Origin: Deltaproteobacteria bacterium
Lineage (GTDB): Bacteria > Myxococcota_A > UBA9160 > SMWR01
Direction of reading: 5' to 3'
DNA: 64,000 bases
Assembly (NCBI GenBank): GCA_032128375.1
Contig: JAQBGU010000179.1
Coordinates: forward strand, 32,001-96,000
How positions within the stretch are numbered: the first letter of the stretch is position 1; every line of letters begins with the position of its first letter. This document shows positions 19,496 to 29,078 of this stretch, piece by piece. The translations under genes and the position numbers were made by a program. The notes under the pieces were generated by a model. That model had not been told where the DNA came from. It did not search any database and saw only the letters and a list, made by a program, of their open reading frames with translations.

Positions 19496-20287
19496 TCACC
19501 CCGCCGTCCCGGGCGAAGCCATGGCGACGTCACTCGGAGCGTGAGCCCGATATCGGCCGATCTCTGCGCTCGCGGCGCCTCCCCCGCTACCCGACGGCAC
19601 CGCCGCACAACCTTCTGGGCCGAGCTGGGTGCAGAGAACTTCTGTGGGCCAGTGCTTGCCCAGCACTGGATCCACCAGGCTCCCAAACGACAGAAGTCGG
19701 CCGCGGGCTGCCACGGTGTCGTCGCCTATCACGGGCGTGCTGATGCGAATCAGGGCCCCGTCGGCGCGCTTGTCGAATAGACGCCCCAGGAATCGATCTA
19801 CGTTCTGATCGAGGCCACCGAGAATGCCGGTGCGTCGATGCGAGCGGTACCAGAAATGCACCAGGCGCCGTCTGCCAGAGACCGCGACCAGGTATTCATT
19901 CGCGCGCAGGTTCGGCGTGACATTCACGGTTCGGCTCGATTCGATGCCCCAGCCAGCACCGGTGTAGCAACCCCGAGGTGTGTGCTCGGGGCGCCCGCCG
20001 CGCTCGGTGCCATAGTAGCCCACGTAGAGCCAGACGATCTGTCCAAAGCGATCGGAGTAGGTGCGCTGTAGGTTGAAATCCGCGCGCAGCTCCTGTTCTA
20101 CGGCCTCGAGGATCGGGACGTCCTGGGAGACCCACGAGTCGATGTGGACCGGAACGTTCTCGAGCGGAGAGACGTCGAGGAATAGCTCCGGCCCGAATCG
20201 CAGCCACCAGCCGAGGCCCCCGACCGCCACCATGAGGGCGATGAGCGCAAGGGATGCGAGGTTCTCGAGGCTACTGTTTCGATCCAA
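19496..20287 (-). CDS. epsI: EpsI-family exosortase-associated protein
   Basis: N-terminal TM, LYVGYY, HTPRGCYTGAGW, VHFWY, DGALIRIS. Confidence 0.88.
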   Translation of the reverse strand: MDRNSSLENLASLALIALMVAVGGLGWWLRFGPELFLDVSPLENVPVHIDSWVSQDVPILEAVEQELRADFNLQRTYSDRFGQIVWLYVGYYGTERGGRPEHTPRGCYTGAGWGIESSRTVNVTPNLRANEYLVAVSGRRRLVHFWYRSHRRTGILGGLDQNVDRFLGRLFDKRADGALIRISTPVIGDDTVAARGRLLSFGSLVDPVLGKHWPTEVLCTQLGPEGCAAVPSGSGGGAASAEIGRYRAHAPSDVAMASPGTAG

Positions 20288-20686
20288 CTGGCATCCGCCT
20301 CGCTGGTTGTGGCGATCTTCCAGCTATTTTCGCTTTCGCCGCCGCGCGGCGAGAGCTTCCACCTCTTGCCCGACTCATGCGTCCGGCCTCTACACACGCT
20401 TGCTGAAATGGGCAAGAGCTAGACTACAGCATGTGAGTGCCCCGCCTCAGTAGGATGTGATTTCGCGAGCTTCGATCTCAGAAGCACGACTGTCCCCCTG
20501 GGGCGATCGGCATCTCGGTGAACTGTGAACTTCAGAATCTCTCTCCCTGTACTCCAAGATTCTCGTGCGGTAACAACAGCGACAAATTCGGGGTCGTGGC
20601 ACCCTGGCGGGTAGCCGACAGGGTTGTGGTTCGCACTGGGCAGACCTGTCCATTTGAGTATGCCGATTGAGCAATTGGAGCCACGA

Positions 20687-21928
20687 GTGAAGCCCCCTCA
20701 TTGCCGCTTCTGCGACCACGAACTCGTTCACTCGTTCGTCGATCTCGGCACCTCGCCGCTCTGCCAGGACCACGTCACGCCTGAAGACTTCAATCGCGCG
20801 GAGGCGATCTATCCACTCCACGCGCGAGTCTGTAGCCATTGCTTCCTGGTTCAAGTTGACGATCTGGTCGAGCCTGAGCAGATCTTCGGAGATGGCCAGT
20901 ATGCCTACTTCTCCTCCTTCTCTGACTCGTGGCTCGCCCACGCCAGAGACTACACGCAGATGATGATCTCGCGATTCGGCCTCGACGCTTCGAAGCAGGT
21001 CGTCGAGATCGCGAGCAACGATGGTTACCTCTTGCAGTATTTCCTGAAGAGCGGAGTTCCCGTGCTCGGCATCGAACCGGCCTCGAACTGTGCGGCTGCT
21101 GCGCAAGAGAAGGGCATCGACACCATTGTGTCCTTCTTCGGCCGCGAAACTGCTATGCGGGTAGTGGCCGAACGCGGACACGCCAATCTCCTGCTCGGCA
21201 ACAACGTGCTCGCCCATGTTCCCGACATCAACGACTTCGTCGCCGGAATGAAGATCTTGTCGAGTGCAGGCGGTGTCATCACGATGGAGTTTCCCCACCT
21301 GATGCGGCTCGTCGAAGAAAACCAGTTCGACACGATCTATCACGAGCACTTTTCGTATCTCAGCTTCACCACCGTGGAGCGCATCTTTGCCCACCAGGGA
21401 CTGGTGCTCTTCGATGTGGACGAGCTCTCTACTCACGGGGGCTCGATTCGCATCTACGCGCGACACGCAGACGACTCGGATCGACTCGTGAAACCCAGCG
21501 TCGAAGAGCTGCGGTCGCGGGAGGCGGCCGCTGGCATGCTGGAGCTTCCGTACTATACGGAGTTTGGCGCGAAGGTCCGGGAGACGAAGTGGAAGCTGCT
21601 CGAGTTCCTGATCGAGCAACGGTCCAGTGGTAAGACCGTGGCGGGCTATGGAGCGCCCGGAAAGGGCAACACGCTGCTCAACTACTGCGGCATTCGTACG
21701 GACTTCCTCGAATACACCGTCGACCGAAGTCCTCACAAGCAGGGCAATTTCCTACCGGGCTCGAGGATTCCCATCTTCGCACCGGAGAAGATCTTCGAGA
21801 CGCGTCCCGACTATCTATTGATCCTACCGTGGAACCTGCGCGACGAGATCATGGAACAGATGTCCGAGATCAGAACGTGGGGAGGAAAGTTCGTGACTCC
21901 GATCCCCGAAGTCCGAGTCTTCGATTGA
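20687..21928 (+). CDS. NDP-sugar C-methyltransferase (zinc-binding N-terminus, class I SAM)
   Basis: CRFC...FVDLG, VEIASNDGYLL, FDTIYHEH, THGGS, GYGAPGKGNTLLNY, ILPWN. Confidence 0.92.
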   Translation: MKPPHCRFCDHELVHSFVDLGTSPLCQDHVTPEDFNRAEAIYPLHARVCSHCFLVQVDDLVEPEQIFGDGQYAYFSSFSDSWLAHARDYTQMMISRFGLDASKQVVEIASNDGYLLQYFLKSGVPVLGIEPASNCAAAAQEKGIDTIVSFFGRETAMRVVAERGHANLLLGNNVLAHVPDINDFVAGMKILSSAGGVITMEFPHLMRLVEENQFDTIYHEHFSYLSFTTVERIFAHQGLVLFDVDELSTHGGSIRIYARHADDSDRLVKPSVEELRSREAAAGMLELPYYTEFGAKVRETKWKLLEFLIEQRSSGKTVAGYGAPGKGNTLLNYCGIRTDFLEYTVDRSPHKQGNFLPGSRIPIFAPEKIFETRPDYLLILPWNLRDEIMEQMSEIRTWGGKFVTPIPEVRVFD

Positions 21929-21941
21929 TGGAGGGCGCCAG

Positions 21942-22730
21942 ATGAAGGTCGTACTCTTCTGCGGTGGAATGGGCATGCGTCTGCGTGACCATTCGCCCAA
22001 TACGCCGAAGCCATTGGCACTGATCGGCTATCGGCCCATCGTGTGGCATCTGATGGCGTACTACGCCCACTATGGGCACAAGGACTTCGTACTGTGCCTT
22101 GGCTACCGCGCGGACGCGATCAAGGAGTACTTCCTGAAATATGACGAGACTTTGTCGAACGACTTCGTGCTGTCGAAAGGCGGCCAGAAAGTCGACCTCC
22201 TCAACAGCGACATTGGAGACTGGACGATCCGCTTCGTGGATACCGGGCTGCATGCGAACATCGGTATGCGACTGAAGGCGATTCAAAAGCACCTCGATGG
22301 CGACGAGGTATTCCTGGCAAACTACAGCGACGGCCTGACGGATCTTCCGCTCGACGCGTACATCCAGAATTTCCTGGAGCGCGACAAGGTTGCGAGCTTC
22401 GTAAGCGTGCCAAACCCTGCAGTCACCCACATGGTCCAGGCGGATCCGGATGGAACCGTCACAGCCATCAAACCCATGTCAAAATCCGGGGTCCGCATCA
22501 ACGGCGGCTTCTTCGCCTTTCGCGACAAGATCTTCGATTACATCGAGGACGGCGAGGAGCTTGTCTTCGAACCTTTTGCACGCTTGATGGAGCAAAGAGA
22601 ACTCATCGCATATGAGTACGACGGATTCTGGCAGTGCATGGACACCTTCGAGGACCGGCAGGCACTCGAGGAACTGGCGGAGCGAGATGAAATGCCTTGG
22701 CAGGTCTGGAACAAGCCAGGTGTGGAGTAG
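21942..22730 (+). CDS. rfbF: Glucose-1-phosphate cytidylyltransferase
   Basis: KVVLFCGGMG.R, PKP, VDTG, NYSDG, INGGFF, FWQCMDT. Confidence 0.9.
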   Translation: MKVVLFCGGMGMRLRDHSPNTPKPLALIGYRPIVWHLMAYYAHYGHKDFVLCLGYRADAIKEYFLKYDETLSNDFVLSKGGQKVDLLNSDIGDWTIRFVDTGLHANIGMRLKAIQKHLDGDEVFLANYSDGLTDLPLDAYIQNFLERDKVASFVSVPNPAVTHMVQADPDGTVTAIKPMSKSGVRINGGFFAFRDKIFDYIEDGEELVFEPFARLMEQRELIAYEYDGFWQCMDTFEDRQALEELAERDEMPWQVWNKPGVE

Positions 22731-22733
22731 AGC

Positions 22734-23394
22734 GTGAACCCCCTGAGGTTTGCTGCTGGGACCGACGGCCCCCCCACCATTCTCTTCCTAGGGGGCCCAC
22801 TGCGACGACATCGAGATCGGCTGTGGCGGGACCATCCTTCGGCTGCGCGAATCCATGCCGGACGCGCAGATCCGATGGCTGATCCTCAGCTCGAACGAAG
22901 AGCGCCGTCGCGAGGCTATGGAGAGCGCAGACCGCTTTCTGGGAAAGGGCTTCCGCGATTTCGTCCGGGTCGAGTCGTTTCGCGATGGCTACCTCCCGTA
23001 CTCGGGAAGCGAGGTGAAAGACGTTTTCGAAAAGGTCAAGTGTGATGTCTCACCCGATCTGATCTTCACCCACTATCGACACGACTTGCACCAGGACCAC
23101 CGGCTCGTCAACGAGCTGACCTGGAACACGTGGCGCAATCACACGATCCTCGAATACGAGATTCCAAAGTACGATGGGGATCTGGGGCAACCCAATGCCT
23201 TCGTGCCGCTCTCCTCCGCGCACGTGGAGCGAAAGATTCAAACCGTTTTGGAGGTCTTCGGCTCCCAGACCTCGAAGAATTGGTTCGACGCCGATACGCT
23301 GAGAGCGATTCTGCGACTGCGAGGCGTCGAGTCCAACGCTCTCGAACGCCACGCCGAGGCCTTTTACGCCCCAAAGCTGGTCCTCGATTTCTGA
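22734..23394 (+). pseudogene. PIG-L family deacetylase, frameshifted at a G5 run (or sequencing error)
   Basis: Removing one G at 22791-22795 restores LGAHCDDIEIGCGGT in frame with downstream DLHQDH and YEIPKYDGD. Confidence 0.85.
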
Positions 23395-23532
23395 TACCAG
23401 GGGGCAGGGGTCCTCGCGCGCCGGGCTGACTGGATCGCCACCGAGCACTCGCCAGCGGACGTGTTGCCATCCCTAGCAACCAGTTGACCGAGCGATCGCG
23501 AGGTTTCACGAATGGATGGGTGGTGGTCACAC

Positions 23533-24882
23533 ATGAGGCCACGCTCGGGCGATCCGACCGCGGCCGTCTGGCTCCGCATCGCGCCACTGGCTCTGCTGTT
23601 GATCGTTGGCGCAACCCTGATCCCCGTCGATATCAGAACCGCCGCGATCCAGAATATCTCGTGGTCCGTCAACCCCCGCGACTTGCTACTCAACGTTCTT
23701 CTCTTCATCCCGCTAGGCGCTGCGCTGGCCGGACGCCACTGGGCCGTGGTGATCGCCATGTCGGGTCTACTGTCTCTCAGCGTCGAAGTCCTGCAGCTCG
23801 CCCAGGCCAGTCGGCACGCCGGTCCCGCCGACATTGTTGCAAACGCTGCGGGCGGACTCCTCGGTTCGGTTTGCATGGGCTCGAGATCCCGGTTGGTCCG
23901 CGTCGAGTCCGGGTATGTTGGCATCAACCGATGTCTGTTGCTCAGCGTTGCCGTGGTCTTGGGTGTGGGACTATCGCTTGTCGTCGCTGTGCCCGGAACC
24001 CCGAATGACTTCTCGAATTGGAACGCGACGTACAGACTTGTGATCTCCGACGAAGTGACACGCGATCGTTCATGGAACGGAACGCTCGTCGCCTGGTCCA
24101 TCTATGACCTCCCGATCCAAGGCGACGTCATCCGAGAACTCGCGGCGCGGCGTCCGTCACAAGGCGGGCGATTTGGCCTGTCCTTTGATCCAGTGGCGTA
24201 CTGGGAGAATCCCGATCCTCAGCAGCCCAGCGGCTTTCTGGAGCTGAGTCACGAGATGTCGACGAGGGTGCATGAGCGACTGGCGAGTACCGGGACGATG
24301 TCTCTGCTTGCGTGGCTCCGGGTGGCCGATCTCGAGCAGACCGATCTCGAGCGGATCGTCAGCTTTTCGCGTGACCCCTTTCACCGAAACTTCACTCTCG
24401 GCCAGGAGGCTTCCGCGCTGACCTTCCGGCTGCGTACACCGGCAACGGGATTGAACGGGTTCCTGCCCGAAACACGTACTGCACAGATCCTCGAGTCCGG
24501 TCGAAGCTACTTTGTCGCTGTAACGTACGATGGCTTCGTCTCGCGCATATTCGTCGATGGCAATCTCCAGGGTCGAGAGAATCTGGCTGCCAATGCCGCA
24601 GTGTTTCCCGCCCTCCACGATGTCACCCTACCGCTGGTGCTCGCAATCGGCGGCGGATGCTTTGCGGCGGTGTTCGCCGTGTTGTACGGGCCGACCTCAC
24701 AAAGCGTACGCTGGCTTCTGGGATGCGCTGGGGGGCTAGTAGTGGTCGCTGCGTCTTGGGTGGCTGGGGCGACGCCTGCGTGGTCGGTTCACCCGGTGGG
24801 GTCTCTCTGGTGGGCTGCACCGTCAGTGCTGGGTGGGCTGGTCGTAGCACTGAGCCTCTCTGTGGGACCCCGACCGCAATGA
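23533..24882 (+). CDS. VanZ-like membrane protein fused to a LamG-like domain
   Basis: DLLLNVLLFIPLG, SVEVLQ, DIVANAAG; then FRLRTP.TG.NG, VAVTYDG...IFVDG; C-terminal TMs. Confidence 0.8.
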   Translation: MRPRSGDPTAAVWLRIAPLALLLIVGATLIPVDIRTAAIQNISWSVNPRDLLLNVLLFIPLGAALAGRHWAVVIAMSGLLSLSVEVLQLAQASRHAGPADIVANAAGGLLGSVCMGSRSRLVRVESGYVGINRCLLLSVAVVLGVGLSLVVAVPGTPNDFSNWNATYRLVISDEVTRDRSWNGTLVAWSIYDLPIQGDVIRELAARRPSQGGRFGLSFDPVAYWENPDPQQPSGFLELSHEMSTRVHERLASTGTMSLLAWLRVADLEQTDLERIVSFSRDPFHRNFTLGQEASALTFRLRTPATGLNGFLPETRTAQILESGRSYFVAVTYDGFVSRIFVDGNLQGRENLAANAAVFPALHDVTLPLVLAIGGGCFAAVFAVLYGPTSQSVRWLLGCAGGLVVVAASWVAGATPAWSVHPVGSLWWAAPSVLGGLVVALSLSVGPRPQ

Positions 24883-25156
24883 GATCGCGAGGTGTCGCGG
24901 TGGACTCGTCCTGAACGCCGGGCTGTAGTCCCTTCTAGAGCTTCGTCGCCGTTCGGCGACCGCCGGAAAATATCAGGATTGCGAGCTGTTTCGCCGACCA
25001 GTCCAGTGCGAGCGGGTCGATCCGACGGGGATAGCCGCGTCGGGCTCAGTGGATGATGGGTATCATCCGGTTCTGAACGATCAAGATGCGATCGAAGTGT
25101 TGCTATGCCCCAATGTCCCCGCAGAGTCTTGATCTAGGGGAGAATCGGAACAGGAA

Positions 25157-26068
25157 ATGCCGCGCGGTAAGCCGAAAATCAGTGTTGGCATGCCAGTCTA
25201 CAACGGTGAGCCTTACATAGGCCTTGCGATCAATTCGATTCTCGATCAGACCTTCGAGGACTTCGAGCTGATCATATCGGACAACGCGTCGACGGATGCG
25301 ACTGAAGAGATCTGCCGGGACTTTGCTGCCACAGACAAGCGTGTCGTCTACAACCGCAACGAGGAGAACATCGGCGCGGCGGGCAACTACAATCGTCTCG
25401 TCGACATGGCCCAAGCGGATTACTTCCGGTGGTCGAACGCCGACGACGTCGTTGCGCCCCAGCTTCACGAGCGGTGCGTCTCGGTCCTAGACGCAACCCC
25501 CGACGCCGTGCTGAGTTACGGCAAGACCAGGATCATCGATGCGGATGGGAACGAGTGCGAGGACTACGACGACAACCTCGATCTTCGGGACGAAAGGCCA
25601 AGTGACCGGTTCGTCAAATTTCATGACTCGGTCGGTCTGACGAACGTCATCTATGGGCTCATGCGGACTGCTGCGGTCCGAAGTTCGGCGAAAATGGGAG
25701 ATGGATCCTATCCCGCGGCAGACACCAACTTCATGGGCGAACTAGCGCTGTATGGAAAGTTCGTTGAGATCCCGGAGTGTCTGTTCTATCGCCGGATTCA
25801 CGCCGAGGCGAGCACCGCGGACAGGGTCGACGAGGCCCGGCAGACGTATTTCTGGACCGCGGGCGGCCAGGGATTCAGCCTGCCGGCGTGGCGCAAGACT
25901 GGGGCGTACCTGAATGCGATTCGAAGAGCCCCGATCGGCTTCAATGAAAAGCAGCGTTTGGGAGTCTACATGTTGCGTCGGATGTATTGGGGAAGGCGTG
26001 AACTCCTTGGCGAACTCCTCGCAGACATGGGCAAGAGGAGCGGCCTGATCAAGCCACGGTCTGGATGA
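25157..26068 (+). CDS. Glycosyltransferase family 2
   Basis: ISVGMPVYNGE, IISDNASTD, YFRWSNADD. Confidence 0.93.
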   Translation: MPRGKPKISVGMPVYNGEPYIGLAINSILDQTFEDFELIISDNASTDATEEICRDFAATDKRVVYNRNEENIGAAGNYNRLVDMAQADYFRWSNADDVVAPQLHERCVSVLDATPDAVLSYGKTRIIDADGNECEDYDDNLDLRDERPSDRFVKFHDSVGLTNVIYGLMRTAAVRSSAKMGDGSYPAADTNFMGELALYGKFVEIPECLFYRRIHAEASTADRVDEARQTYFWTAGGQGFSLPAWRKTGAYLNAIRRAPIGFNEKQRLGVYMLRRMYWGRRELLGELLADMGKRSGLIKPRSG

Positions 26069-26096
26069 GCGCAATCGACGAGACCACGGAGGCGGC

Positions 26097-27404
26097 ATGA
26101 TCATTGTTGATACGGCACTCGACAAGAGAGTCCGGGAAGGAAATCCCATTCGCATTGCGATCGTGGGTGCGGGATTCAGTGCTCGAACGATTACCTACCA
26201 GATCGTGACGGGCATCCCGGGCATCCGAGTGGTCGCGATCTCGAATCGGACACTCGAACATGCCGAGAGCGCTTACCGAGCAGCCGGTGCCGCCGACATC
26301 GCAGTAGTCGAAACCGTTGGCGAGCTCGAACGGGCGTTACAGCAGCGCAAGCCGGCGATCACGGATGATCCCACCCTTGTGTGTCGGGCGGATGGTATCG
26401 ATGCGATCATCGAGGCTACCGGTACCGTCGAGTTCGGTGCGCGTGTCGTCCTCGATGCGATCCACAATGGCAAGAATGTCGTCTTGGCGAATGCGGAGCT
26501 GGACGCGACGGTGGGTCCGATCCTCAAGGCAAAGGCAGACAGAGCCGGCGTCGTGATCACGAATACTGACGGCGACGAGCCAGGTGTTGCCATGAACATG
26601 ATTCGCTTCGTGCGCTCCATCGGTCTTCGGCCCGTGGTGGCCGGCAATCTGAAGGGTCTATACGATCCGTACCGGACGCCGGAAACGCAGAAGGAGTTCG
26701 CCGAGCAGCAGAATCAAAAAGTGAAGGGAGTGACTTCGTTCGCCGACGGAACGAAGCTCTCGATGGAACTCGCCGTCCTGGCCAACGCGACCGGTTTCGG
26801 AGTAGGCAGGCGCGGAATGTACGGTCCATCACTGCGCCGCGTTCAGGACAGTGCCGACTACTATCGCGACAAGCTTCGCGAGGGTGGCATGGTCGACTTC
26901 CTCGTTGGAGCCGAGCCGGGTAGCGGGGCGTTCGTCATCGGCTACAGCGAAGATGCGGTCCGGAAGGACTACCTGAAGTATCTGAAGATGGGCGACGGAC
27001 CACTCTATGTCTTCCATACGCCGTTCCATTTGCCACAGCTCGAGATTCCAAATACCGTCGCGCGTGCGGTCTTGTTCCGCGACGCGACGGTTGCACCCGC
27101 AGGAGCGCCGGTATGCGATGCCGTCACGGTCGCGAAGCGCGATTTGATGGCTGGTGAGGTTCTCGACGGCCTCGGTGGTTTCACCTGCTACGCGCTGGTG
27201 GAGAACTACGCGACGAGTCGCGGGATCGGTGCGCTCCCGATGGGACTGTCTGACGGCTGTCGGCTGACGCGAAACGTTTCCAAGGATCAGGTGGTGACGT
27301 ACGACAGCGTCGATCTACCCGCTGAGCGGTTGTGTGACGTCTTGCGCGTTGAGCAAGATGCTCTTGTCGATGTGGACCGACGTTCCAATCCAGCCCCGCG
27401 ATGA
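26097..27404 (+). CDS. NAD(P)-dependent oxidoreductase with C-terminal SAF domain (COG4091-like)
   Basis: IAIVGAGF, NAELDATVGP, DGDEPG, SFADGTK, AKRDL..GEVLDG.GG. Confidence 0.88.
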   Translation: MIIVDTALDKRVREGNPIRIAIVGAGFSARTITYQIVTGIPGIRVVAISNRTLEHAESAYRAAGAADIAVVETVGELERALQQRKPAITDDPTLVCRADGIDAIIEATGTVEFGARVVLDAIHNGKNVVLANAELDATVGPILKAKADRAGVVITNTDGDEPGVAMNMIRFVRSIGLRPVVAGNLKGLYDPYRTPETQKEFAEQQNQKVKGVTSFADGTKLSMELAVLANATGFGVGRRGMYGPSLRRVQDSADYYRDKLREGGMVDFLVGAEPGSGAFVIGYSEDAVRKDYLKYLKMGDGPLYVFHTPFHLPQLEIPNTVARAVLFRDATVAPAGAPVCDAVTVAKRDLMAGEVLDGLGGFTCYALVENYATSRGIGALPMGLSDGCRLTRNVSKDQVVTYDSVDLPAERLCDVLRVEQDALVDVDRRSNPAPR

Positions 27405-27426
27405 GAATCCCCCAGGGAGCACCTCG

Positions 27427-27780
27427 ATGGATGTGAGCATCTTCGGCGACGACTTTCGCGAGAGCCCCTTTGTCGAGCTGATCGAGCGACTCCTGGGCAA
27501 GGGCTATCCCGTGCTGATATGCGACAGCCATGTGGCCATCAGTCGTCTAACCGGCGCCAACCGACGCTACATCGAGGAGCACGTGCCCCACCTCTCTTCG
27601 CGCCTCGTGGACTCTCTGGGCGATCTCGTGGATCGCTGCGACGTGCTCGTGCTCGCTCATGCGCCAGATGACGGCGTAGAGAGCCTGCTTCGCACCCGCC
27701 CCGATCAGCGCGTGATCGACCTCGTGCGCGTGCCCGATCCCGAGAGGATACCGGCTCGTTACGAAGGCCTCGTCTGGTAG
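27427..27780 (+). pseudogene. C-terminal domain only of a GDP-mannose/UDP-glucose dehydrogenase (AlgD-like)
   Basis: DDFRESPFVELIERLLGKGY...GANRRYIEEHVPH; NAD-binding and catalytic domains absent; own RBS and ATG. Confidence 0.8.
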
Positions 27781-27793
27781 GCGACGCGGTCGA

Positions 27794-29017
27794 ATGAGAA
27801 TCCTCATCCTTGCCTGGCAGGCGCCCGCCACGTCCAGTTTGCCGGGCTCGCCCCGCCTGTTCAGTCTGTCTCGCGAACTCTGCAGGGATCACGAACTCGA
27901 GCTGCTTCTCATGCCCCAGGACCCGGAACGCATCGCCAGCTTCCGCGACGATCCGGACGTGTACCGGGTCTACTCCAGGATCGATGAACTTCCGAGCCCG
28001 CCTGCCCCATCCTGGTTGCGGCGCCAGATTCACCGTGTGCGCCAGGAGCCCTCCTTCTCGCTCCGGGCCCTCGCACCTCGCTATCACGCTGGGATCTGCT
28101 CCGAGGTGCGAGAGCGCTGCGTGGCCTCCGACCTTCTGCTCGTTGACGGGATCGCGGCGACTCAGTACGTGCGCGACGTACCCGTGCCTGCAGTGGCAGA
28201 TCTTCACGATTCGGTCTCGCTGCTGATCCGGCGCTCCGCCAAGCGCGCCGAAAGCCCGCTCGAGCGTACACGGCTGCACCTTGAATCTCGGGTGACCGCG
28301 GGTTGGGAGCGCCGACTTCACCACCAGTTCAGGCTGGTCATCACCAACTCGGACGTGGATCGGGACGAAATTCGTCGCCTCGAGTCCCGCTGCAACGCCA
28401 TCACGATCCCCAACGGTGTAGACACGGAATACTTCTCGCCCGGCGAAGAGACGCCGGCGCTCGCGCGTCTCGTGTTCAGCGGCGTCATGGGCTACGGACC
28501 CAACGACGATGGGGCTCGCTTTTTCATCCGGGAAGTTCTGCCGCGCATCCGCGAGCGAGAACCCGAATGTGAGTTTTGGGCCGTGGGACACGACCCAAGC
28601 GAGAGGCTACTGGCGCTGAATGGGGTCGCCGGTGTCCGGGTCACCGGGAGTGTGCGAGATGTGCGACCCTTCGTGCGCGAGGCGACGGCATTCGTGTCTC
28701 CGCTGCGTTACGGAACTGGCATGAAGAACAAGATTCTGGCGGCCATGGCCATGCGCCGCCCCGTCGTAGCAACATCCATCAGCCTGGATGGCATCTATGC
28801 CGTACCGGAAGAGCACGTGCTGGTCGGGGACTCACCCGAGGAGCTGGCACAGCAGAGCCTGCGCCTGATTCACGATGACAAGCTCGCCGCTCGCCTGTGT
28901 GACTCGGCCAAGGCCTGGGTCGAGGAAAATTTCTCGTGGTCGGAGCGGGCTGAGTCCCTGGAGCTCGAGCTCGCAAAGCTCTGTGTGTCGCCCTCCGCGT
29001 CGCCCTCCGCGAAATAG
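27794..29017 (+). CDS. Glycosyltransferase family 4 (PEP-CTERM locus type)
   Basis: IPNGVD.EYF, FSGVMGYGPN, PLRYGTGMKNKILAAMAM. Confidence 0.92.
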   Translation: MRILILAWQAPATSSLPGSPRLFSLSRELCRDHELELLLMPQDPERIASFRDDPDVYRVYSRIDELPSPPAPSWLRRQIHRVRQEPSFSLRALAPRYHAGICSEVRERCVASDLLLVDGIAATQYVRDVPVPAVADLHDSVSLLIRRSAKRAESPLERTRLHLESRVTAGWERRLHHQFRLVITNSDVDRDEIRRLESRCNAITIPNGVDTEYFSPGEETPALARLVFSGVMGYGPNDDGARFFIREVLPRIREREPECEFWAVGHDPSERLLALNGVAGVRVTGSVRDVRPFVREATAFVSPLRYGTGMKNKILAAMAMRRPVVATSISLDGIYAVPEEHVLVGDSPEELAQQSLRLIHDDKLAARLCDSAKAWVEENFSWSERAESLELELAKLCVSPSASPSAK

Positions 29018-29078
29018 TCGCGCTGCGGCAGATGACGGAACCCAGACGACGGTCCGACTGTCAGCGTACCGCGTACAT

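Noticed and set aside
20447..21736. Long antisense or alternative-frame ORFs (also 53806-55320, 60460-61836, 32478-33623, 6376-7431)
   Set aside because: Shadows of well-supported genes in GC-rich DNA, with no family motifs.
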